A DNA stretch of 52,028 nt from Thermoleophilia bacterium. Lineage in GTDB: Bacteria > Actinomycetota > Thermoleophilia > Gaiellales > Gaiellaceae. Location of the stretch: contig JAICLU010000001.1 in NCBI GenBank assembly GCA_025925195.1, positions 1 to 52,028 of the forward strand, in the 5' to 3' direction. Of the stretch, positions 18,960 through 27,177 are shown piece by piece. The notes under the pieces are model-generated. The model had not been told where the DNA came from and did no database searches. It saw only the letters and a program-made list of their open reading frames with translations. Made by a program: the position numbers and the translations under genes. The stretch's first letter is position 1; each line of letters opens with the position of its first letter.

Positions 18960-19862
18960 TTGGCCGCGGTCTTCCCGCTCGTCCCGCGCCGCCGCGTCGT
19001 CGGGCTCGCGTTCGGCGGCGTCAGGAGCGCGCGCCGGGGTGTCGGCTCGGACGTCGCGAGCACCCGGCAATACCGCCCCGGCGACGACGTCGCGTGGATC
19101 GACTGGAGCGCCTCGGCCCGTCTCTCCGCCGCGCGGGGCTCCGACGAGTTCATCGTGCGCGAGCGGTTCGCCGACGAGGCGCCGCGGGTCGTCGTCCTCG
19201 CCGACCGGCGACCGTCGATGGGCATCACCGCGTCGTCGTTCCGCACCCTCGACAAGCCGGGGGCGCTCCTCGCTGCCATCGACCTGATCGGCGCGAGTGC
19301 AGTCGCGGCGCGCAGCCTCACCGGCTATCTCGACCATGCCGAAGGCGAGCCGCACTGGCGTCCGCCGCGTACCGAGCACCGCGCCGGCTCCGGCAGCTTC
19401 GACCGTCCGTTCCACGCTCCGCCCGACACCGTGTCTCGGGGGCTCGAGTTCCTGGGCGAGCACCGCCGCGACCTGCCGACGCAGGCGTTCGTCTTCGTGC
19501 TCTCGGACTTCATCGTGCCGCCGGATCTGGCGCGCTGGCAGCGCGCCCTCGAGAACCGGTGGGAGCTCGTGCCCGTCGTGGTGCAGGATCCCGTCTGGGA
19601 GCGGTCGTTTCCCGACGTCGGAGGCGTCGCCGTCCCGCTCGCCGACCCGGCTACCGGTCGCGTCGCGCCGGTGTACACGACCCGCGCCGAGGCCGCCGCG
19701 CTCCGCCTCGCGAACGAGCTGCGGTCGGAAGCGCTCGTCCGCGACATCCGGTCGCTCGGCATCGAGCCGGTCGACGTTCGCAGCCACGACCCGGTCGAGG
19801 TGCTGCACGCGTTCCTGCGCTGGGCCGACCTGCGCCTCATGTGGCGGGGAGCCGTCGCGTGA
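18960..19862 (+). CDS. DUF58 domain protein
   Basis: 'RQYRPGDDVAWIDWSASAR...VVVLADRRPSM' is the DUF58 core. The TTG start directly abuts the moxR stop. Confidence 0.85.
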   Translation: MAAVFPLVPRRRVVGLAFGGVRSARRGVGSDVASTRQYRPGDDVAWIDWSASARLSAARGSDEFIVRERFADEAPRVVVLADRRPSMGITASSFRTLDKPGALLAAIDLIGASAVAARSLTGYLDHAEGEPHWRPPRTEHRAGSGSFDRPFHAPPDTVSRGLEFLGEHRRDLPTQAFVFVLSDFIVPPDLARWQRALENRWELVPVVVQDPVWERSFPDVGGVAVPLADPATGRVAPVYTTRAEAAALRLANELRSEALVRDIRSLGIEPVDVRSHDPVEVLHAFLRWADLRLMWRGAVA

Positions 19863-20782
19863 AGCAGGTCGCCGTCGTGGCGCTGCTCGCGCTCGCCACC
19901 GCCGGTGCCGCGTCGGCCGACCTGCCCGTTCACGGCTCCGGGTCGGTCGTCGGCGAGGGCCTACCGCTGAAGGCGTACGCGACGTTGCAGCCGACCGTCC
20001 ATCTGTTCGGGGACGTCCTGACCGCAAGGCTCGCGGTCATCGCGGACACGAAGTGGGTCGACCCGGCCCAGTTGCGCGTCCACACCGATTTCGCGCCGTA
20101 CGCCCCGGTCGCGCCGCCGGTGGCGTTGCGCCTGCGGGTCGGCCGGTTCGAGCAGCTGACGTGGACGTGGAAGCTGCGGTGCCTCGCCTCCGCCTGCGTC
20201 CCCCGCAACCCGCCGAGCGACGAGTACCACGTGTTCCATTTCCATCCGGCGCACGTCAGCTTCGCCGGCCCGAAGGGCAGCCCGGCGTACGGCATCGACG
20301 CGCGCTGGCCGAGCGTCGAGGCGATCTCGCAGATGACGCCGGGCCTCGTCCACTTCCTGCAACTGACGCGGCGGATCAACTGGCGCTTTCAGCTGACCCC
20401 GCTCGTCGCCCCGACGTACCGCGTGGCGCCCTCGACCCTGTTCTGGCTCGCGCTCGCACTCGCGGGCCTCGCGGCGGTGACCGGGCTCGGCCTGGCCGCC
20501 CGCTGGGCGTTCGCGCTGAGAGGCGGCGCGCCTCAGAGGGTCGAGGTCGAGCCGGGCACCGTGCTCGAGCGGGCACTCGCCGTGCTCCGCTACGCACACG
20601 AGAAGGGTGACGAGACGTTGCAGCGCAAGGCGTTCGAGCGGGTCGCAGCGGAGCTCGGCGTCGAGCGGGCGGGCGAGCTGCGCGTCACCGCACGTGAGCT
20701 CGCGTGGTCGCCGCGTACTCCCGCGGACGAGGAGATCGAGGGCTTCGCGCTGCGCGCGCTCGACAGTGAGGACGAGACGTGA
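19859..20782 (+). CDS. Secreted/membrane-anchored hypothetical protein of the Bat-like operon
   Basis: GTGA overlap. Signal peptide 'VKQVAVVALLALATAGAASA', late TM 'LFWLALALAGLAAVTGLGLAA', then an acidic cytoplasmic tail. Confidence 0.6.
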   Translation: MKQVAVVALLALATAGAASADLPVHGSGSVVGEGLPLKAYATLQPTVHLFGDVLTARLAVIADTKWVDPAQLRVHTDFAPYAPVAPPVALRLRVGRFEQLTWTWKLRCLASACVPRNPPSDEYHVFHFHPAHVSFAGPKGSPAYGIDARWPSVEAISQMTPGLVHFLQLTRRINWRFQLTPLVAPTYRVAPSTLFWLALALAGLAAVTGLGLAARWAFALRGGAPQRVEVEPGTVLERALAVLRYAHEKGDETLQRKAFERVAAELGVERAGELRVTARELAWSPRTPADEEIEGFALRALDSEDET

Positions 20783-21615
20783 TCGTTCCGTCCCTGCACC
20801 GGCGGCATTCGGTGCCGCTCGCCGACCTGTCGCGACTCCGGCGGCAGGCCGTCCGCAGCTCGGCCGTCCGCATCGGGCTTGCACTCGCGCTCGCCGCGAC
20901 GTTCGCGGCGCTGCTCCTCACCTCGCGCACGGCCGGGGCCGGTCGCGCTGCCGTCTTTCCGGAGGGGACGACGACTGGCATCGTCGCGCTCGACATGTCG
21001 GCGAGCATCTCGGGGGCGATCTTCTCCCGCGTGTCGACGACGCTGCGAGGGATCGTCGACGCGAACCAGTCGATCGGCCTCGTGATGTTCTCCGACACGG
21101 CGTACGAGCTGCTGCCGCCGAACTCGCCGCCGACGGCGCTCACGGCGTTCATACCGTTCTTCCAGCCCCAGCGCTACTCGGGCGGCACGCCGGTCTTCGG
21201 CCAGAGCCCGTGGGACATGTTCATGGGCGGCACCCGCGTCGCGAGCGGGCTCACCATGGCCGAGCAATCGCTCCGGCGCGCCGGGGTGAAGCACGGTGCG
21301 ATCCTCCTCGTCAGCGACCTCGACGACTCGTCGGCCGACGGGCCCGCCCTCGAGCAGGAGGCGGTGTCGCTCCGGCAGGAGCACATCCCCGTGCGGATCG
21401 TGCCGCTCTTCGCGGCGCCGCAGGACAAGGCGCTCTTCGCTGCGCTCTTCGGCGACCGCTCGTTCGTCGACCCGCGGGTGTTCACGCACACCGCGACGCG
21501 GCGCACGCAATCGATCGCGGCACCGCTGCCGTGGGCGCTGCTCGCCTTCGGGCTGCTCCTGGTCACGCTGGTCGGCGCCAACGAGCGGTGGAACGCCCGC
21601 CTGGAGACCGCATGA
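20779..21615 (+). CDS. VWA (von Willebrand factor A) domain membrane protein
   Basis: GTGA overlap. N-terminal TM, MIDAS 'DMSAS' (DxSxS), 'LLVSDLDD', and a C-terminal TM. Confidence 0.75.
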   Translation: MIVPSLHRRHSVPLADLSRLRRQAVRSSAVRIGLALALAATFAALLLTSRTAGAGRAAVFPEGTTTGIVALDMSASISGAIFSRVSTTLRGIVDANQSIGLVMFSDTAYELLPPNSPPTALTAFIPFFQPQRYSGGTPVFGQSPWDMFMGGTRVASGLTMAEQSLRRAGVKHGAILLVSDLDDSSADGPALEQEAVSLRQEHIPVRIVPLFAAPQDKALFAALFGDRSFVDPRVFTHTATRRTQSIAAPLPWALLAFGLLLVTLVGANERWNARLETA

Positions 21616-22256
21616 GGCGCGCGCTCCGCCGCCACGCGCTGCTGCTGGGCGCCCTCGGTTGCGCAGCGGCGGCGGCCCTCCTGCTCCTCGTCGCACTGGA
21701 CGCACGCACCTGGGGATCCTCGGTCGCACGCGACGACGTGCGCTTCCGGGCGCTGCACACGCACAACGATCTCTGGAAGCCGGACCCGGTGCTCCCCGGC
21801 GACCCGGCCGGGAAGCTGCTCGGCGTGCACAACACGCTCGCGTGGCGGCGGACGCTGCAGTCGTTCTGGTACAGCCGCGTCGGCAAGAACCCGGACACCG
21901 GGGCCGGCGGGTCGTCGACGCTGCGCGCCGACGCGCAGGATCGCCTCCTCGACGAGCTGTCGTCCGCGCCCTCGCGCGCGCAGCGCTCGCAGGCAGCGAA
22001 CCTGCTCGGCGTCCTCGTCGTCACGACGCCGACACCGGGCGGCGACCGGTCGGCGATCTCGAACATCCTGAAGCGGGCGCAGTCGTACTTCGAGCGGGCG
22101 ATCGCGCTCGACGCGGCGGACGTCGACGCGAAGCAGAACCTCGAGCTCGTACTTCGCATCCGGAAGCCGGGCAAGAGCCGCATCGGCCAGGACGCCAGGG
22201 CGGGCTACGGCTTCGGCCGCGGCCAGGGCGCCACGAACATCGGGAACGGCTACTGA
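21612..22256 (+). CDS. Membrane-anchored protein with a TPR-like C-terminus (BatC-like position)
   Basis: ATGA overlap. N-terminal TM 'LLLGALGCAAAAALLLLVAL'. 'AQSYFERAIALDAADVDAKQNLELV' resembles a single TPR. Confidence 0.55.
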   Translation: MRRALRRHALLLGALGCAAAAALLLLVALDARTWGSSVARDDVRFRALHTHNDLWKPDPVLPGDPAGKLLGVHNTLAWRRTLQSFWYSRVGKNPDTGAGGSSTLRADAQDRLLDELSSAPSRAQRSQAANLLGVLVVTTPTPGGDRSAISNILKRAQSYFERAIALDAADVDAKQNLELVLRIRKPGKSRIGQDARAGYGFGRGQGATNIGNGY

Positions 22257-23230
22257 CCGCCGCGGGCGTCTTCGGGATCTCCTTCCTGACCCCGGTCGCC
22301 GGCCTGTTCCTGCTGGCGGCGGCGGTGCCGCTCGCAGCCTTCGCGTTGCGCGAGCGCCGGGCGCGCGCGGTCCGCGCCGTTCTGCGCCTTCGCGACCCTG
22401 GTCGCCTGTCGCTCGTGCTGCCGGCTCTCGCGATCGTCGTGCTGACGGCGCTCGTCGCGGCCGCTGCCGCCCAGCCGGTGATCGTCCGTCAGCAATCGCT
22501 TTCGCAGCGCTCGGATGCTGAGGCGTTCGTCCTCTTCGACACGTCGCTTTCGATGAGCGCGGCCGCCGCTCCGGGGGCGCCGACCCGGTTGGAGCGGGCG
22601 AAGCGGCTGGCACTCCACCTCGAGCGGGCGCTGCCCGATCTGCCGATCGGCGTCGCGTCGATGACCGACCGTTCGCTGCCCAACCTCATGCCGACCGTCG
22701 ACCGGACGCTGTTCACCCGCACCGTGCACCAATCGGTCGGCGTCGACCGGCCGCCGCCGAGCCAGCCGCACCGGGGCCGTGCGACGACGTTCGACGCGAT
22801 CGTCCCGCTCGTCGAGTCGCACTTCTTCCCCGACGCGCTGCGCCGGCGGCTGCTCGTCGTGTTCACCGACGGCGAGGCCGCGAAGGTGTCCCCGCTGCTC
22901 GGGCTGACGCTGCAGCGGCGCGTCGCGACGATCTTCGTGCACGTGTGGCAGCCGGGCGAGCGGATCTTCGGCGCGAGCGGCCGCCCGGATCCGCGGTACG
23001 TCGCCGATCCCAGGAGCACCGAGGCGCTGCGGCAGATCGCGGGGGTCGTCCACGGGGCCGACGTGGACGAGCGCGACCCGGGCGCGATCGTCCGGGCCGC
23101 ACGCGACGTCGTCGGGCGAGCGGCCACGCACAGCGTGGCCTCGGGCTACGCGAGGGTGCCGCTTGCGCCGTGGTTCGTGCTCGCGGCCGCGCTGCCGCTC
23201 GTGTTCCTGCTCTGGCGCCGGAACTTCTAG
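22253..23230 (+). CDS. VWA domain protein (BatA-like), start codon unresolved
   Basis: BatA-like N-terminus 'FLTPVAGLFLLAAAVPLAAFALRERR', MIDAS 'DTSLS', C-terminal TM. There is no ATG/GTG/TTG upstream of the first TM helix; the only nearby option is CTG 22253 in a CTGA overlap with the previous stop. Confidence 0.7.
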   Translation: MTAAGVFGISFLTPVAGLFLLAAAVPLAAFALRERRARAVRAVLRLRDPGRLSLVLPALAIVVLTALVAAAAAQPVIVRQQSLSQRSDAEAFVLFDTSLSMSAAAAPGAPTRLERAKRLALHLERALPDLPIGVASMTDRSLPNLMPTVDRTLFTRTVHQSVGVDRPPPSQPHRGRATTFDAIVPLVESHFFPDALRRRLLVVFTDGEAAKVSPLLGLTLQRRVATIFVHVWQPGERIFGASGRPDPRYVADPRSTEALRQIAGVVHGADVDERDPGAIVRAARDVVGRAATHSVASGYARVPLAPWFVLAAALPLVFLLWRRNF

Positions 23231-23616
23231 GGGCGAACGGCGCGGCTCAGCGCCGTCCACAGCCGGTTGAAGCCGGCGAGGCACGGGCCGTTGACCCTGA
23301 CGGTGCGACCGCCGACGCGGATCGACAGCGTCGCAACGTCGGGAAGCGTGCCGCGGCAGAGCGTGACGACGGGCAACGTCTGAAAGCCGTCGACGAAGGC
23401 GGCCCGGTTGATTGCGGCGAGCTGGAGCTTCGTGAGTCGGCGACGGTGCGCGGGCGCCGCACCGGTGGCGCGCACGACTCCGGCGGTGTCGATGCGCAGC
23501 GTGAACGGGCGAATGTTTCCACCGGTGCGTCCGAGCTCGAACCCAGTCGTCGGCGCCGTCGATGCTGCCGGGACGGCGGCGAGGGCCAATGCCGCGATGG
23601 CTGCGAACGTGTGCAT
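23227..23616 (-). CDS. Secreted hypothetical protein
   Basis: Signal peptide 'MHTFAAIAALALAAVPAAS'. 129 aa, two Cys, high GC3. Its stop shares a CTAG with the convergent VWA gene. Confidence 0.5.
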   Translation of the reverse strand: MHTFAAIAALALAAVPAASTAPTTGFELGRTGGNIRPFTLRIDTAGVVRATGAAPAHRRRLTKLQLAAINRAAFVDGFQTLPVVTLCRGTLPDVATLSIRVGGRTVRVNGPCLAGFNRLWTALSRAVRP

Positions 23617-23653
23617 CGACTGAGCCTACCGTCGCGCGCGCTAGCCTCTCGGC

Positions 23654-24313
23654 ATGCGGACGGCGCTGCTCGCGGTTGCGGTGATTCTCGCCGTCGCCGG
23701 TTGCGGCGGCGGCAGCAAGAGCGCGAGCTCCTCGACCCAGTCGGCGGGCTCGGCGGCATTGATGCATCCCGGCTCGTTGAAAGCCACGGCGCCTGCCACG
23801 TACGACGCCCGCTTCGCGACGACGAAAGGCGATTTCGTCGTCCACGTGACTCGCGCGTGGGCGCCGCACGGGGCCGATCGGTTCTACAACCTCGTGCAGA
23901 ACGGCTTCTACGACGGCGTGAAGTTCTTCCGCGTCGTGCCGAAGTTCGTCGTCCAGTTCGGGATCAGCGGCGATCCGCTCGTCGCGGCGGCCTGGCAGAA
24001 CGCGAACATCCCGGACGATCCTGTGACGACCCACAACACCCTCGGCACGATCACGTTCGCGACGGCGGGCCCGAACACGCGCACGACGCAGGTTTTCATC
24101 AACCTCGCCGACAACTCGGCGCTCGACGCGCAGGGCTTCGCCCCGTTCGGCAAGGTGACGTCGGGGATGAAGGTCGTCGAGTCGCTCTACAGCGGCTACG
24201 CCGACGCCCCCACGGCCCACCAGCAGGAGATGACGACGGGCGGCAACGACTACCTCGAGAAGACGTACCCGAAGCTCGACGCGGTCAAGACCGCAACGAT
24301 CGTCGGTCGCTGA
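23654..24313 (+). CDS. Cyclophilin-type peptidyl-prolyl cis-trans isomerase, lipoprotein
   Basis: Lipobox 'LAVAGC'. 'FYDGVKFFRVVPKFVVQFG...TITFATAGPNTRTTQVFINL' is the cyclophilin core. Confidence 0.9.
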   Translation: MRTALLAVAVILAVAGCGGGSKSASSSTQSAGSAALMHPGSLKATAPATYDARFATTKGDFVVHVTRAWAPHGADRFYNLVQNGFYDGVKFFRVVPKFVVQFGISGDPLVAAAWQNANIPDDPVTTHNTLGTITFATAGPNTRTTQVFINLADNSALDAQGFAPFGKVTSGMKVVESLYSGYADAPTAHQQEMTTGGNDYLEKTYPKLDAVKTATIVGR

Positions 24314-24322
24314 AAGAAAGAA

Positions 24323-24393
24323 AGGCGCCTACCGGAGTCGAACCGGTGTACCAGGTTTTGCAGACCTGTGCCTAACCACTCGGCCAAGGCGCC
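24323..24393 (-). tRNA. tRNA-Cys: tRNA-Cys (GCA)
   Basis: Hand-folded cloverleaf from GGCGCCTTGGCCGAGTGGTTAGGCACAGGTCTGCAAAACCTGGTACACCGGTTCGACTCCGGTAGGCGCCT. It has a 7-bp acceptor stem, anticodon loop CTGCAAA, T-loop TTCGACT and a U73 discriminator. No CCA is encoded. Confidence 0.93.
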
Positions 24394-24425
24394 GTGCCCC
24401 AGACGTCCGGGCGGGCGCCATGGTA

Positions 24426-24539
24426 CTAACGCTGCCGCTGCCGATCCTCCCACCGCTTGCCGGCCCGGAGGAAGAAGTACGCGCCGACGATCACGAGGAT
24501 CACCGGGACGACCGCCCAGAGGAGCAGCAGGAAGTTCAT
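24426..24539 (-). CDS. Candidate 37-aa single-TM micro-protein
   Basis: 'MNFLLLLWAVVPVILVIVGAYFFLRAGKRWEDRQRQR'. A GAGGA lies 4 nt upstream of the ATG, and the ORF lies 5 nt after the peptidase stop. Hydrophobic helix plus basic tail. Confidence 0.45.
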   Translation of the reverse strand: MNFLLLLWAVVPVILVIVGAYFFLRAGKRWEDRQRQR

Positions 24540-24544
24540 CGTCC

Positions 24545-26260
24545 TCACGACAGCACCCGGTCGAGGAAGGCGACCGACCGCTCGAACATCTCGATCCGGT
24601 TGTGCAGCTTCTGAACCGTGTGCCCTTCGTCCTCGAAGATCAGCAACTCGCACTCGACGCCCTTCGACTGCAGCACGCCGGCGATGTGCTCCGACTCCGA
24701 CACCGGTACCCGCGGGTCGTTCCGGCCGTGCTGGATGAAGAGCGGCGCCTGCAACGCGGCGATGTGCGTCATCGGCGAAGCGCGCTCGAGGAACTCGAGA
24801 TCGTGCTCGAGCGAGCCGTACTCGCGCTCGCGGGCAGCGCGCCGGTACGGCGACGTGTTCTGCAGGAACGTCACGAGCGACGAGATCCCCACCGCCTCGA
24901 TCCCGGCGGCCCAGATCTGTGGCTGGAACGTCAGCGCGGCGAGCACCATGTACCCGCCGTACGAGCGCCCGTACACGACCGCCCGCGACCCGTCGACGTT
25001 CGGACGCGCAGACAACCACCCGTGCAAGGCCTCGAGATCGCGCACCGAATCGAGACGCTTCTCGACGTCGTCGAGGTGCTCGTAGCGCTTGCCGTAGCCG
25101 GTCGACCCCCGCACGTTCGGCGCAGCCACTGCATAGCCGCGCGAGACGAGGTACTGCGTCAGAGGCGCGAAGGACGGCGAGAACCACGGCAGCCACTGCG
25201 ACTCGGGCCCGCCGTGCACCGTCACGACGATCGGGAACGGCCCCTCGCCCTCCGGCTCGAACAGGAACACGGGCACCGATTCGCCGTCGAAGCTCTCGAA
25301 CCGGTGCAACGTCGGCTCCACCAGCGTCGACAGGTCGACGTCCCGCGGCGAGGTCGTCAGCCGCTCGAGCGAGTGCGACTCGAACGAGTACACGTAGACG
25401 TCGTGCGGCTCGACCGGCGACGAGAACGCGAACGCGAGCCTGGCTCCGTCCGGCGAGAACACCGGGTGCTCGACGACGCCGCGCCCCGGTAGCGGGATCT
25501 CGTCGCCGCCGATCACCTGCAGTCGCGAATAGCCGTCGGCGTTCTCGACCGCGAGCAGGATGCTCCCGTCGTCGCTGCCTACGAGCTCGACGTCCCAGTC
25601 CGACTCGAAGAGCGTCTCGCCCTCCCGCACGATCGCGAGCGTGTCGCGTCCCTCGTTCGTCGCGTACGCGATCCCGTCGGGCGTCCACACCGGCTCGTGG
25701 TACTCCGCAGGGTCGTCGTGCGGCATCAGCAGCGACACCTCGCCGCTCTCTCTGTCGCACAGGAGCAACTCGTTGTCGCCGCTCCGCACGCCGGTGCGGC
25801 CGGCGGCGATCCAACGTCCGTCAGGCGAGATGCCGGCGACATACGTGTGGCCGGGAAGCTCGAAGACCTGCTCCTCCCCCGTCTCGAGGTGCCGCGCGAC
25901 GACGTCGAAGTCGATCTCGTTACGCCGGTTCGTCGCGTACGCGAGCAGCGACCCGCGCGCGACCGGCGTGCGATGGATGTAGCGCGGGTCTTCGACGAGC
26001 GGCCCCTCACCGAGCACGTGCAGCTGCGTGCGCTCGTTGCCGGCGGCGTCGACCTCGACGAGGATCCGGCCGTCCGGCAGGAACCGGCCGATCACCGGAT
26101 CGTCGTACGAGGTCAACTGCTCCATGGACGGCCAGACGAAGAGCTGCTGCGTGCCCGGAAGGTCCGAGCGCACGAGCAGGCGCTCGCCGTCGGGCGACCA
26201 GGAGAGCGGCACCGCCTGCCGCATCTCGAGCAGCGCGCGCAGGTCGGTCACGCCCACCAC
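24545..26260 (-). CDS. S9 family serine peptidase (prolyl oligopeptidase/acylaminoacyl-peptidase type)
   Basis: N-terminal beta-propeller-like repeats. Catalytic 'GRSYGGYM', 'GRNDPRVP' and 'DEGHTV' form the Ser-Asp-His triad. Confidence 0.88.
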   Translation of the reverse strand: MVGVTDLRALLEMRQAVPLSWSPDGERLLVRSDLPGTQQLFVWPSMEQLTSYDDPVIGRFLPDGRILVEVDAAGNERTQLHVLGEGPLVEDPRYIHRTPVARGSLLAYATNRRNEIDFDVVARHLETGEEQVFELPGHTYVAGISPDGRWIAAGRTGVRSGDNELLLCDRESGEVSLLMPHDDPAEYHEPVWTPDGIAYATNEGRDTLAIVREGETLFESDWDVELVGSDDGSILLAVENADGYSRLQVIGGDEIPLPGRGVVEHPVFSPDGARLAFAFSSPVEPHDVYVYSFESHSLERLTTSPRDVDLSTLVEPTLHRFESFDGESVPVFLFEPEGEGPFPIVVTVHGGPESQWLPWFSPSFAPLTQYLVSRGYAVAAPNVRGSTGYGKRYEHLDDVEKRLDSVRDLEALHGWLSARPNVDGSRAVVYGRSYGGYMVLAALTFQPQIWAAGIEAVGISSLVTFLQNTSPYRRAAREREYGSLEHDLEFLERASPMTHIAALQAPLFIQHGRNDPRVPVSESEHIAGVLQSKGVECELLIFEDEGHTVQKLHNRIEMFERSVAFLDRVLS

Positions 26261-27177
26261 ATCTCGGACGGCGTGTCGCGCAGCACGACGGCGCGCAGCA
26301 CCTCGACCGCCTTGGACAGCCCCTCCTCGATCGACGCGAGCCCGTCCTCGTGCTCGATGCTGAGAACGCCGTCGTAGCCGGCGACGCGTAGCGCGCTCAC
26401 GAAATCGCGCCAGAACTTCTCACCCTGGCCATAGCCGACGCTCCGGAACGACCACGACCGCTCGGCGAACCGGTTGTAGTGCTTCGTATCGAGGACACCG
26501 TTCCGCGCAGTGTTGTGCCGGTCGACGTAGACGTCCTTCGCGTGCACGTGGAAGATCGCATCGCGCAGCTCGCGCACCGCGAGCAGTGGATCGATGCCCT
26601 GCCAGACGAAGTGCGAGGGATCGAGATTGACTCCGATCTCGGGGCCGCACGCGTCGCGCAGGCGCAATGCGGTCTCGGGGTTGTAGACGAGGAAGCCGGG
26701 ATGCGGCTCGAGCGCGACCCGGACGCCCTGCTCACGCGCGAACGCCGCCTGTTCCGTCCAGTACGGGATCGCGCGCTCGTTCCACTGCCACTCGAGCACC
26801 TCGAGGTACTCGGGGGGCCAGGCGCACGTGACCCAGTTCGGCTGCGCCGCCGCGGGCCCGTCACCGGGACAGCCGGAGAAGCAGACCACCGTGTCGACGC
26901 CGAGCTCGGACGCGAGCTGCACGGTCTGCCGCCAGGTCTCGTGCGAGCGCCGCGCGAACGCCTCGTCCGGGTGCAGCGGGTTGCCGTGGCAGGAAAGCGC
27001 GCTGATCTCGAGCCCGCGTGCGTCGACCTCGCGCCGCAGCCCGGGGACGGCGTGGGCGTCGCCGGGATAGTTGCCGGTCCCGATCTCGACGGCGTCGAGG
27101 CCGAGCGAGACGACCCGGTCGAGCGCATCCGCGAGCGGGAGCTCTCCGAAGACGACCGTGAAGACGCCGAGCTTCAC
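26248..27177 (-). CDS. Sugar phosphate isomerase/epimerase (xylose-isomerase-like TIM barrel)
   Basis: 'LGLDAVEIGTGNYPG', 'LEPHPGFLVYN', 'HVHAKD' and 'SIEHED' are typical AP_endonuc_2/TIM-barrel metal motifs. Confidence 0.8.
   Translation of the reverse strand: MKLGVFTVVFGELPLADALDRVVSLGLDAVEIGTGNYPGDAHAVPGLRREVDARGLEISALSCHGNPLHPDEAFARRSHETWRQTVQLASELGVDTVVCFSGCPGDGPAAAQPNWVTCAWPPEYLEVLEWQWNERAIPYWTEQAAFAREQGVRVALEPHPGFLVYNPETALRLRDACGPEIGVNLDPSHFVWQGIDPLLAVRELRDAIFHVHAKDVYVDRHNTARNGVLDTKHYNRFAERSWSFRSVGYGQGEKFWRDFVSALRVAGYDGVLSIEHEDGLASIEEGLSKAVEVLRAVVLRDTPSEMWWA

Noticed and set aside
17949-23230. MoxR/VWA operon as a phage-defence or conflict system.
   Set aside because: I could recognise no effector domain (nuclease, protease, TIR, pore-former) and no NTPase diversification. 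The architecture matches the housekeeping Bat-like MoxR-DUF58-VWA arrangement.
24250-24453. 67-aa minus-strand ORF, and the idea that tRNA-Cys marks a genomic-island integration site.
   Set aside because: The ORF is simply the tRNA-Cys gene and its flanks read as protein. No integrase, excisionase or phage gene is nearby, I did not notice a direct repeat of the tRNA 3' end, and the flanking genes have the same composition as the rest of the window.
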